A stretch of 25,082 nucleotides of DNA, taken from NCBI GenBank assembly GCA_903839715.1, contig CAIMDH010000138.1, positions 1-25,082 on the forward strand, given 5' to 3'. Shown piece after piece: positions 1 through 8,462 of this stretch. This DNA comes from an uncultured bacterium. Its GTDB lineage: Bacteria > Patescibacteriota > Minisyncoccia > Phycocordibacterales > UBA918. The notes beneath the pieces were generated by a model, which saw only the letters and a program-made list of their open reading frames with translations, had not been told where the DNA came from and did no database searches. Each line of letters starts with the position of its first letter. Position 1 is the stretch's first letter. The translations under genes and the position numbers were made by a program.

Positions 1-874
1 CCCAAGTCCAAAGACTGGTACCGACTTTGCTTTCAAGTGCCTTGATGGCACCATCATGCTCGACCAGCTTGGTGTCATGTGCAGTGGTTTTATCCAATGC
101 ACTTTTCGCTACACCAGCTGCCGATTTTGCCGCAATATGAGCTGCTGCAAGACCCGTGGTACTGTTTCCAATCTTTTCCTCCAAGATGTCAAGGCGTCCA
201 GCTAAGGACATTACTTTGTTCACCTTAACTTCAAGCGCTTTCAATTGCTCTTTAGTTGCCACTTTCTGCAACTCGTCTTTCAGCAACTTGATTTCTCGCT
301 CAAGCTCTGTTGCCTTGGCGTTATCGCCTTTTGCAATAAGAGACCTCATCTCAGCGCCGAGCTTTGTAAGCTCGGTATTAAGTGAAGCCTCAGTCACATA
401 CAGCGGTGTCGTTGAGACTGCTGCTGTACCGACCGGTGAAGCGACCGCTTGATTGGTGCTCTGGTTTTGAACCAGAGCTTTGGGCAACATCGAGGTAGGA
501 ACGGGAACAAAAATTCCCTTTTCTTTTCCCTGTCTCACCAAATCCGCGCCCTTGATGATAGGGTCCTTTGCATGCCACCCATTCCTCACCATCATAGCGA
601 GGAACAAGTCACCCTTCTTTTGACAAAGAGCCGGAAAGGGTGCATCGGACCAGGTACACATAAGAGCCAAGAGTGACATCAGTTGCACCGTATCTGTCTT
701 CGGGTCATAGAGACTTTGTCCACTTTGCTTGACTTCTGCAATGTGATCAATCAGCTTGCCTTGTCGAATACTTTCTTCAAAGACCCGAATATCTGTCGTG
801 TCTGTTGAAGACGCCATGGACTGACCAGCGGCAAATGCCAACACGGCCGCCAAAATAAACTTCAAAACTTTCAT
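1..874 (-). CDS. Secreted coiled-coil protein, partial (runs off the left edge; absent from the ORF track)
   Basis: Manual translation from ATG at 874 is open for 291 codons to the window edge: MKVLKFILAAVLAFAAGQSMA (signal-peptide-like), then an Ala/Lys/Glu-rich heptad region (ELEREIKLLKDELQKVATKEQLKALEVKV). SD GAGGAG (881-886) lies 6 nt upstream. Confidence 0.85.
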   Translation of the reverse strand, partial: MKVLKFILAAVLAFAAGQSMASSTDTTDIRVFEESIRQGKLIDHIAEVKQSGQSLYDPKTDTVQLMSLLALMCTWSDAPFPALCQKKGDLFLAMMVRNGWHAKDPIIKGADLVRQGKEKGIFVPVPTSMLPKALVQNQSTNQAVASPVGTAAVSTTPLYVTEASLNTELTKLGAEMRSLIAKGDNAKATELEREIKLLKDELQKVATKEQLKALEVKVNKVMSLAGRLDILEEKIGNSTTGLAAAHIAAKSAAGVAKSALDKTTAHDTKLVEHDGAIKALESKVGTSLWTW

Positions 875-942
875 GATTCACTCCTCAATGAGAGCACACC
901 AGGTCGCCCTGATGTGCTCAATGATTACTCGGGCGACCGTTT

Positions 943-1398
943 TTACTTACAAGTCCCAGTACTACACGCACCACTCACCGTGAGGTTCGAGGTGTTGGTG
1001 TTCAACGATTCAGCCAAAGACTGAACCTGGTTGTTGTAAACCGGACCGCAGATTGCACCGTCACCACACTTACCTTTTTCCGCAACGGCCGTAGCCGTTT
1101 TGTAGTTAATAAGAGCAGGAACAGTACCACCGAAAGCACCAGCAATTGTTTGCCCAGCCACTGTCGACGAAATCGACAACTGGAACGGGCCAACGCGAGT
1201 GCCGGAGACTATCTTGCCACTAGCGTCTTTCACGCAATTTTTGTACTCCCCAAAGTAAGTACCACTGCGGTCAAGCGTATCCCAGACAGTCTGTGAATCA
1301 ACACAGCTTCCATCCAAGTTCATCTTTGGCCCACTGGCGCAAGCGCCAAGCAGTACCGCTACCAAAACGAGCACGAGGCTCAAGAGGCGTGATTTCAT
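943..1398 (-). CDS. Putative lipoprotein, Cys-rich, function unknown
   Basis: Basic N-terminus, hydrophobic core and lipobox-like LLGA-C20; 6 further Cys; SD AAGGAG at 1406-1411. Confidence 0.8.
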   Translation of the reverse strand: MKSRLLSLVLVLVAVLLGACASGPKMNLDGSCVDSQTVWDTLDRSGTYFGEYKNCVKDASGKIVSGTRVGPFQLSISSTVAGQTIAGAFGGTVPALINYKTATAVAEKGKCGDGAICGPVYNNQVQSLAESLNTNTSNLTVSGACSTGTCK

Positions 1399-1428
1399 TT
1401 CAATTCTCCTTCAAAGTAGAGTTAAGAG

Positions 1429-2307
1429 TTACTTACAGACTTCTGTTTGACGAATTATCGTCATCACATCGCCTGGAATCGAGACAAAAGTAGCCGGAAT
1501 GGCCACCTGCCCGTTACACACTGCCACAGAAAGGCCTGGAACATAAATGTTCTGACCTGACTGCGGTACTATGTACCGCTCGGTCACCCATTCACACACC
1601 TTTTCAGGTGGTGATGTTTGTCGCGAAGCTATACAGCTTGCAGGCGCCCCACCATTTTTACCTGGACACTGCCACGAACTGGTAGAACCAGGAGTGGCAG
1701 GGAAAGCAATGACAGAGGGAGACAAATCTCCCGACTGACAAAAACTTTCCCCCTGTGGCCAAGTAGTCACCTCAGGCGCAAAGCTTGTAGCATTACTGCC
1801 ACAAGCTCCCGCAACAGCGATGGGTTGAACTATTGGTTTTGCAACATAGACAAAGCCGACGTTATTACACGACCGACCCGTATCACCAACAAACCAATAA
1901 GCATAGACTTCATCACCAAGATCACAGAGCAGAGCCGGGTCATTACGACCCAGCAACTTTTTTACATGATGAGTCACCTGTGAACGACCGCTTACGCGAC
2001 CATTCATATGATCAAACACCACACCGTCTGCGACACTGACACTTTGACATGTCTTTGCCTTGAGTTTTTGCTCCAAGACTTGGCACATTTCCGGTGTGAG
2101 CCGGTCATTCGAGTCGAGCTTGGCAGTGCGTTCGCACTGTTCAAGCGCCGACTCAACCGTCGGTGCAAAGCTGGTTGGGTGCATCTTGGTCCAATTGCCT
2201 TTCGCCGGGTTTTCCGACGTAGGTAGTTGCGGGTTTGCCCAACTAGGCATACCAACAACAGTAAGCAGCAGCGCCATGAGCGCTACCCAGAAGAGCTTTT
2301 TGCTCAT
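1429..2307 (-). CDS. Secreted Cys-rich protein with one CPR-type CGS...C..G...W.C.G..GG...C module
   Basis: Signal peptide ending SWA; 12 Cys; segment CGSNATSF...FCQSG...SWQCPGKNGGAPASC resembles, from recall, Cys modules of Parcubacteria surface proteins; SD AAGGAG at 2315-2320. Confidence 0.8.
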   Translation of the reverse strand: MSKKLFWVALMALLLTVVGMPSWANPQLPTSENPAKGNWTKMHPTSFAPTVESALEQCERTAKLDSNDRLTPEMCQVLEQKLKAKTCQSVSVADGVVFDHMNGRVSGRSQVTHHVKKLLGRNDPALLCDLGDEVYAYWFVGDTGRSCNNVGFVYVAKPIVQPIAVAGACGSNATSFAPEVTTWPQGESFCQSGDLSPSVIAFPATPGSTSSWQCPGKNGGAPASCIASRQTSPPEKVCEWVTERYIVPQSGQNIYVPGLSVAVCNGQVAIPATFVSIPGDVMTIIRQTEVCK

Positions 2308-2426
2308 AGCGTTTCTCCTTTTGATTGTGCCCTCATTACGAGAGCGAGGTTTTGAGATATTAAGATGTCAAAGAACTCACACATCTTTTCCTCATGTGAA
2401 GCAAAATTACTTCACCTGATTGCTAT

Positions 2427-2455
2427 ATATTAGCACACTTTATTGAAAAAATCAA
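2427..2455 (-). promoter_or_regulatory. Sigma70-type promoter for the 2307-1398-874 gene run
   Basis: Minus strand TTGATT (2455-2450), 17-nt spacer, TAATAT (2432-2427) with an extended -10 TGn. Confidence 0.6.
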
Positions 2456-2489
2456 GTCTTGACGATTAGTGCATTTGTCTATGTGACAC

Positions 2490-2530
2490 AAAAGAAAACC
2501 ACCTACCAACACGAGTGTAGATAGGTGGTT
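2490..2530 (-). terminator. Intrinsic terminator downstream of the 2571-3023 gene
   Basis: Minus strand AACCACCTAT...GTAGGTGGTT stem followed by TTCTTTTG. Confidence 0.6.
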
Positions 2531-2570
2531 GAAGTGGTATACCAGAAAATTCTGATTGCCACTTGATTTG

Positions 2571-3023
2571 TCACGGTGCCGATGCTGGCGGTGGCGGTGT
2601 GTTCAGCCATGTAATGCCAAGACTGGCACTGAAGTTACCTCGCGAATTTATCCGCGAAGTTACTGGGGCGGCTTGTGTGCCTGTACCCTGATTCAGGGAG
2701 CGGGCAGCCATGATTTGCTGTCCCACTACACTGAGAGTCGCTTGGGTACTTGAACAGTCCACTGTACAGTTTGGGTTACTGTTACTGGTCAAGAACGAGT
2801 CGGAGTCGAGTTGAAAAAACCCATCAGACATCGTTGTCACTGTTCCAGCCCCATTACCACCGGTGGTATATCCACTGGCAGTCCCGTCGTTCACCGACCA
2901 ACCACTGATGGTCAAACCCGTGGGGGGCACAACAGTTGTCTGGGCTGACACACTGGTCAGACCAACAACCAGCAATGCGAACATTGCCAGCAAAAACTTA
3001 CACTTACGAAAGAACGAGTCCAT
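2571..3023 (-). CDS. Secreted Thr/Ser/Gly-rich protein of unknown function
   Basis: Signal peptide ending VSA; CxxxC pair (CTVDC); Pro-rich tail; SD AGGAG at 3031-3035. Confidence 0.8.
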   Translation of the reverse strand: MDSFFRKCKFLLAMFALLVVGLTSVSAQTTVVPPTGLTISGWSVNDGTASGYTTGGNGAGTVTTMSDGFFQLDSDSFLTSNSNPNCTVDCSSTQATLSVVGQQIMAARSLNQGTGTQAAPVTSRINSRGNFSASLGITWLNTPPPPASAP

Positions 3024-3172
3024 TTGAGTTCTCCTAGAAAAACTAACCGTTTAAAAAGTGGAAATCACGATGTGTGACTTCCGGACAAGCCCCGCCGAAG
3101 CGAGGGCATGAGGGGTGGCGACTGGTTTTATTTGTCGATCCAACGCACCCCCGACTCAGTAGAACTACGAGT

Positions 3173-3200
3173 ACTGTACACGTGTTTAGACAAATGTCAA
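3173..3200 (-). promoter_or_regulatory. Possible sigma70 promoter for the 2571-3023 gene
   Basis: Minus strand TTGACA (3200-3195), 16-nt spacer, TACAGT (3178-3173). Confidence 0.45.
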
Positions 3201-3310
3201 GCAATTTGAAGCGGAGTTTTGTCAAGGGTGCTTTCTGAAAAAATACCCTTTCGCACCTGTGTCTCACTACCGGAAAAAATCTCATGATACAATAAACTCC
3301 CTTCATTACT

Positions 3311-3883
3311 ATGAATTTTAAAGCTCTCCTCCATCTCCTTAATGAATTTGTACCAATTATTGCCTTCTTCATTAGTGCGCAGCTTTTTTCATTTTATACA
3401 GCTACCACAGTTTTAATTACGTCGACAATTATTGCCCTTGGTACTGGCTGGTACTCTGAACGACGCTTCCCTATTCTTCCAATCATTTCAGGATCTTTTG
3501 TAGTCATATCCGGACTGATAACTATTTTTTACCAAACACCAAGTGCCCTAATTTTTGCTGACTCACTCTATTACCTCCTTATGGGTTTTACCATTTTGGG
3601 AGGATTATTCTTTAGAGTAAATATTTTAAAATTGATCTTTGAGACCACCTTTGCAATGGAAGATATTGGTTGGAATATCCTGGCACGCAGGTGGGTACTG
3701 ATTTTTCTCTTAGCGGGAGTAGCCAATGAAATTGCACGTCTTACCCTCACTCCTGAAGACTGGGTAAACTTCAAAGTACTAAAGGTTATTACGATTGCTC
3801 TGTTTGGTTTTTACCAATTTACACTCTCAAAGCGTTATCGCGACAAAAATCACGCCAATGCCTGGGGTCTGCGTATTGATTAA
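3311..3883 (+). CDS. yciB: YciB/IspA (septation protein A) family inner membrane protein
   Basis: About five hydrophobic segments plus family motifs W..L..RW..F...A.ANE and DWVNFK. Confidence 0.8.
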   Translation: MNFKALLHLLNEFVPIIAFFISAQLFSFYTATTVLITSTIIALGTGWYSERRFPILPIISGSFVVISGLITIFYQTPSALIFADSLYYLLMGFTILGGLFFRVNILKLIFETTFAMEDIGWNILARRWVLIFLLAGVANEIARLTLTPEDWVNFKVLKVITIALFGFYQFTLSKRYRDKNHANAWGLRID

Positions 3884-3957
3884 CTACTTTTAATATAAAC
3901 GAGCTCGCTGGTTTGTTATTTTGAAAGTCGGCAAAAATTGCGTACAATGCACATGTT

Positions 3958-4653
3958 ATGTCTATACAAGAAACTATCATCATGTCTGTTGGCGGCTCGC
4001 TCATTGTTCCCGATCAGATTGATACGAGCTTTCTTATCAATCTCAAACAGTTTATTACCACCGAAACGGCACTTGGCCGTCGTTTTATTATTATTGCTGG
4101 TGGTGGACGAACCGCTCGCCGCTACCAAGAAGCCGCAGCGAGTGTAAGCGATCTAGCAAACGATGACCTCGACTGGATGGGTATCCATGCCACTCGTCTT
4201 AATGGTCATTTGCTTCGCACTATTTTTCGAGACATAGCACATAGAGTTATGATCACCAATCCTGATGAAATTCTTGATATCAATCCAAACGAAAAAGTCA
4301 TCATTGCTGCGGGGTACCGTCCTGGTTGCTCAACTGACTTGCGAGCAATTCAGATAGCTGACCGTGTTGGCGCTCGAAAGGTCATCAACCTTTCTAATAC
4401 CGATTATGTCTACACAGACAACCCGAAGACTAATCCGGCCGCTACAAAAATTGAAACTATTACTTGGAGTGATTTTAGAAAACTAATTCCCGCAGAATGG
4501 GGACCAGGTCTCTCTTCTCCATTTGACCCCGTCGCAGCACGTGAAGCAGAACATCTTGGTATCGAAGTTGCTCAAATCAACGGCACCCGGATTCAAGAAG
4601 TGGTCCACTACGTACACGGCGAAACCTTCATTGGTACCCGCATCCACAACTAA
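3958..4653 (+). CDS. pyrH: UMP kinase, archaeal-type
   Basis: Amino-acid-kinase-fold motifs SVGGS, GGGRTARRYQ, DWMGIHATRLN, PGCSTD and FDPVAA. Confidence 0.92.
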   Translation: MSIQETIIMSVGGSLIVPDQIDTSFLINLKQFITTETALGRRFIIIAGGGRTARRYQEAAASVSDLANDDLDWMGIHATRLNGHLLRTIFRDIAHRVMITNPDEILDINPNEKVIIAAGYRPGCSTDLRAIQIADRVGARKVINLSNTDYVYTDNPKTNPAATKIETITWSDFRKLIPAEWGPGLSSPFDPVAAREAEHLGIEVAQINGTRIQEVVHYVHGETFIGTRIHN

Positions 4654-4713
4654 CTCTTCTGAGGGAGGCTTAGACTCCTTCAATTCTGAAGGGGTTTTAC
4701 CTCCTTCAGACAT

Positions 4714-4752
4714 ATCAAAAAGACGGAAAGCAAAGCTTTCCGTCTTTTTGAT
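4714..4752. terminator. Bidirectional terminator between convergent pyrH and DUF805
   Basis: 18-bp perfect inverted repeat ATCAAAAAGACGGAAAGC-AAA-GCTTTCCGTCTTTTTGAT. Confidence 0.75.
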
Positions 4753-4767
4753 TTCAGTACTTTATTC

Positions 4768-5253
4768 CTACAGTCCTTCGCTAGGCCATGTTGGTGCTGG
4801 AGTTGGAGTTTGAGTAGGTGCTGGAGCGGGAACAATAGGCTGACCCAGGACTACGACCGTAGCGGCCTCAGTCGGTTGCGGTGGCACAGGTACAGGAATA
4901 GCTGACTGTCCAACTGGGTATCCGTAGACGTTAACATTCGCATCTCCTTTAGTCGCTAAAAATACTATATAAATAATAATACCGATAAACGGAACAAGAA
5001 TAATCAGCCACCACCAGCCACTCTTTCCGATATCATGCAGACGACGCGCAGCGATCGCAAGTGATGGAACAAATATTGCTAACATAAAAACCGTTGAAAG
5101 ATATTCCATGTCTGTTACCGCTCCAATAATACTTAGTCCAATAGAAATAATGAACTGAATGAGTACAAACATCCAATACGCCTGTCGCGTTGCGCGTCCA
5201 CTGAAATCCGCATACTGATTCATTACCGGATTAAGAAACCAATCAAATGACAT
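4768..5253 (-). CDS. DUF805 (YhaH/YhaI family) membrane protein with Pro/Thr/Ala-rich tail
   Basis: YADFSGRATR..YW, P.LAIAARRLHDIGKSGWW and G....N.YG motifs. Confidence 0.9.
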   Translation of the reverse strand: MSFDWFLNPVMNQYADFSGRATRQAYWMFVLIQFIISIGLSIIGAVTDMEYLSTVFMLAIFVPSLAIAARRLHDIGKSGWWWLIILVPFIGIIIYIVFLATKGDANVNVYGYPVGQSAIPVPVPPQPTEAATVVVLGQPIVPAPAPTQTPTPAPTWPSEGL

Positions 5254-5314
5254 ATCTAAACTTATTATTTATTTTATTTATTAAAAGTATACCATCAAAA
5301 TATTAGCGACATCT

Positions 5315-5351
5315 CCTTTCTAGAGAAAGGTTCGACCTTTCTCTAGAAAGG
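5315..5351. repeat. Perfect 17-bp inverted repeat (REP-like palindrome)
   Basis: CCTTTCTAGAGAAAGGT-TCG-ACCTTTCTCTAGAAAGG; each arm is itself near-palindromic. Confidence 0.85.
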
Positions 5352-5359
5352 TACAGCTA

Positions 5360-5398
5360 ATAAAAACCGTGGTGAGCGTAGCTCACCACGGTTTTTAT
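5360..5398 (-). terminator. Intrinsic terminator of the secD-secF-kinase run
   Basis: 18-bp inverted repeat ATAAAAACCGTGGTGAGC-GTA-GCTCACCACGGTTTTTAT with T runs on both sides. Confidence 0.75.
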
Positions 5399-5435
5399 CT
5401 ATCTTTCCCTAGGACCGACCTCGGAAAAGATTATC

Positions 5436-5990
5436 TTATTCAAAATCAACAGACTGCAAAAACTTTTCTACTTCCTGATACAGTTCATCCATGGTGCCAT
5501 TATTGGTGATGGTGTAATCAGATTCTTTAAGGGCACCAAAAATATTTTGTTTGGTGGGGTCGTTTTGGTTGGACTCGGCTTTTTCTTGGGAAAGCCACTT
5601 TTCAAAGGTAACGTGATCTTTTACACTGTTGCGTGCCAGGATGTGTTTAAAACGTACTTCCGGTAAGGCGTCAATACCGAGCACAATGCCACCCAGTTCC
5701 TTTATCCGTTGCACCTCAGCTACTGCTCGCAAACTCTCAATAATGACATCTCCCGCATGTTCCTCTGCACGTGCATAGAGTGAATCGATAATGTAACTCG
5801 GGTCATGGCTAGCACGTAATTCGTTGGCGACCATAATCATAGAATCACGGTTGACTGGCAGGCCTCGGCGCTCGATCTCCTCGACGATAAAACCACTGGC
5901 TGAGTAGTGAGTAAATCCCTTTTCTTTTTTGAGATACTCAACGACCGTCCCTTTTCCTGCTCCAAATGAACCAGTGATTCCGATTATCAT
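5436..5990 (-). CDS. P-loop nucleotide kinase-like protein (dephospho-CoA/CMP kinase-like)
   Basis: N-terminal IIGITGSFGAGKGT Walker A; VIIESLR..AEV segment; size typical of NMP kinases. Substrate not assignable. Confidence 0.75.
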   Translation of the reverse strand: MIIGITGSFGAGKGTVVEYLKKEKGFTHYSASGFIVEEIERRGLPVNRDSMIMVANELRASHDPSYIIDSLYARAEEHAGDVIIESLRAVAEVQRIKELGGIVLGIDALPEVRFKHILARNSVKDHVTFEKWLSQEKAESNQNDPTKQNIFGALKESDYTITNNGTMDELYQEVEKFLQSVDFE

Positions 5991-5992
5991 AC

Positions 5993-6973
5993 CTATTTTT
6001 TAGCTTCTTTTAGCTTCTTGGTATGCCATTCTTCGTAGAGAACTAGGAGTGGGTTAGCAATGAATATGGATGAATATGCTCCTGCAAATACTCCGACGAT
6101 CAATACCAAAATAAATGTTTCTGTAACAGTACTACCGAAGAAGTAGAGGGCAGTGAGAGCAAGAAGTACTGTTAGTGACGTATTGATTGAACGTGCCATT
6201 GTCTCGTCCACTGCCTGACCCACAATTTCACTAAAAGGCTTGGTCAATGTGTAGGTGATCACCGTTCGGTCTACACCTCCGATTTCTTTTACTATACGTT
6301 TTTGTTCGGTTCGATTTTGTTTAAGCTTGTCTCGTACCCGGTCGAAAATAACAATTGTGTCATTTACAGAATAACCAAGAATAGTAAGGAGGACAGTAAT
6401 AAAAAGAATATCTGCTTCAGCGCCAAGGAAGTAGCCCAAGAGACTCATCGCTGCCATCGGCACCAATATATCATGTATCAACACCACAATTGTAATGAGA
6501 CCATAGACCCAAGAGCTAACTGGCCAGCCAATACCCGCAAACGCAAAAGCGACGTAACAAATAGTAAGGAATAGCACTGCACCAATGGCCCAGACAGCCT
6601 TATCCTTGAGCTCTTGACCAATCACTGGACCGATTGAAGTAAAGCGAGATACTTCACCACCTTCTCCTAACTCCGTGAGTGCAGTACTAAGAACAGCACG
6701 TTCTTCTTCATTAAGTGCACGTGTACTCACAAGATACCCACTGCCAGCGTCGCTATCCGACTGACGTACTGCCACAGTACCGAGACTGAGCTCGGCCGTC
6801 CTGGTCTCTACGACCGTCTTTTCCGGCATTGCCGTATAACGTACTTCCATGAGTGAGCCGCCCGTAAAATCGATACTAGGCTTGAGTCCCAAAAAGAGCA
6901 CAATCACGATAGCCGCAGCCACGATACCAGCAGCAATCATCAGAAAGTATTTTTTGTAGCGAATGATATCCAT
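5993..6973 (-). CDS. secF: Protein translocase subunit SecF
   Basis: IDFTGG, SIGPVIGQEL, HD, GYSVNDTIVIFDRVR, TMARSINTS and YSSIFIA motifs; adjacent to secD. Confidence 0.97.
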   Translation of the reverse strand: MDIIRYKKYFLMIAAGIVAAAIVIVLFLGLKPSIDFTGGSLMEVRYTAMPEKTVVETRTAELSLGTVAVRQSDSDAGSGYLVSTRALNEEERAVLSTALTELGEGGEVSRFTSIGPVIGQELKDKAVWAIGAVLFLTICYVAFAFAGIGWPVSSWVYGLITIVVLIHDILVPMAAMSLLGYFLGAEADILFITVLLTILGYSVNDTIVIFDRVRDKLKQNRTEQKRIVKEIGGVDRTVITYTLTKPFSEIVGQAVDETMARSINTSLTVLLALTALYFFGSTVTETFILVLIVGVFAGAYSSIFIANPLLVLYEEWHTKKLKEAKK

Positions 6974-6976
6974 AAA

Positions 6977-8413
6977 TTATTTTTTTATTAGTCCAGTACC
7001 AAACAAGTAAGTCCAGATGCCACTTTCAGTGCGTTTTACATCAGGCAGGGCGATGAGCAGGGTTCGTGTAAAGACAATAGCTGAAAGCATGGAGGTGAGA
7101 ATACCAAGTGCAAGCACGAGAGCGAAGCCTTTAATCAAAGACGTACCGAACCAAAATAGAATTCCAGAAGATAGTAACCCAGTGACGTTACTGTCCCAAA
7201 TAGCGGTCCAAGCGCGGCGGAAGCCTTCAACAGCTGCCTCACGACTACCTTTACCAGATCGGTACTCTTCTTTCATGCGCTCAAAGATAAGGACGTTGGC
7301 ATCAACAGCCATACCAAGTGAGAGGACAAAGCCAGCGAGTCCTGCCGCGGTCAACGTCACCGGGATAAACATAAACAACGCCAACAAAAGCGCTCCATAA
7401 AAACACAGCGCAATACTCGCCACCAATCCTGATACGCGGTACCACAAAATCATAAAGAGGGAGATGAGTGCGAAGCCAGCCACGCCAGCCTCAAAGCTCT
7501 GTCCAACTACGCCAGCACCAAGCGTGGCATCAATAGTTTGGGTACTAACTAGCTCGATTGGCACCGGCAATGCACCAAAGTTGAGATTTTCTGCCAACGC
7601 TCTAGCTTCTTCTGGGGTAAAGCTACCGGAGATAACTGCAGTACCACCGACAATCGCTTCGTTGATACGTGGCGCTGAAAGCATTTGACCATCAAGGAAG
7701 ATAGCAAGTTGCTTCCCAACATTGTCACGAGTAAGTTCGGCAAAGATGGCACCTCCCTCTTGGTTGAAGGTAATAGAAACGATTGGTTCATTAGACAACT
7801 GTCCAGTCTGGCCACTCGTAAATTCAAGCCGCGCACTCTCAAGATACCGACCAGTTAACTCGGTTGTGATGTACGGATCACCAATAGCGGTAATCGAAGC
7901 CGCGAGCATGTTAGCATCAGCGGTTGATGACGAGGTTGAAGTTGAGTTGTTTTCAGCAGCAATCAGCAGTTCAGTTTGTTTATCGTATCTTTCTTGGTCA
8001 ATTAGTTTAAATTCAAGGAGTGGTGTTCGACCAATTTCGGCTACAGCTTGCGCGACATCTGTAACCCCAGGCAGCTCAACAACGAGTCGCTCACGCTGAT
8101 CTCCCGAGACAATACTACTGCGCTCGACATACACCACTGGCTCAGACACACCAAAGACGTTAACTCGACGCTCAATTACGTCACGAAGTACGTTCATTAG
8201 CTCTGGCACTTCAGAGGCATCGACACCAGCAACATTGGCTTCATAAATAAGGTGCGCTCCCCCAGCAAGGTCCAGGCCAAGTTTAAATGGGTGTGACGCA
8301 TCTTCACGGATGGCGTTTTGATAGACAAAGAATCCTAGGTACCCTAGTATCCCGACCAACAATACAGCTTTAAAAATTCGTAAGAAGGCAGCGGAACTTG
8401 ATTCTGTAGTCAT
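6977..8413 (-). CDS. secD: Protein translocase subunit SecD
   Basis: LGLDLAGG, IERRVNVFGVSEP, LNFGALPVP, GMAVDANVLIFER and AIWDSNVT motifs. Confidence 0.97.
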   Translation of the reverse strand: MTTESSSAAFLRIFKAVLLVGILGYLGFFVYQNAIREDASHPFKLGLDLAGGAHLIYEANVAGVDASEVPELMNVLRDVIERRVNVFGVSEPVVYVERSSIVSGDQRERLVVELPGVTDVAQAVAEIGRTPLLEFKLIDQERYDKQTELLIAAENNSTSTSSSTADANMLAASITAIGDPYITTELTGRYLESARLEFTSGQTGQLSNEPIVSITFNQEGGAIFAELTRDNVGKQLAIFLDGQMLSAPRINEAIVGGTAVISGSFTPEEARALAENLNFGALPVPIELVSTQTIDATLGAGVVGQSFEAGVAGFALISLFMILWYRVSGLVASIALCFYGALLLALFMFIPVTLTAAGLAGFVLSLGMAVDANVLIFERMKEEYRSGKGSREAAVEGFRRAWTAIWDSNVTGLLSSGILFWFGTSLIKGFALVLALGILTSMLSAIVFTRTLLIALPDVKRTESGIWTYLFGTGLIKK

Positions 8414-8462
8414 AATAAAGAAATTATATGCGTACAGTTATAGCATATCTGCCAAGGGTTTC

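Noticed and set aside
156-2419. Plus-strand ORFs 156-452, 449-676, 1618-1983, 2060-2419 and similar
   Set aside because: Antisense shadows of the SD-led minus-strand genes, with no RBS or recognisable features.
3043-3372. 109-aa minus-strand ORF in the divergent promoter region
   Set aside because: It overlaps the yciB start, both promoters and the hairpin leader, and has no protein-like features.
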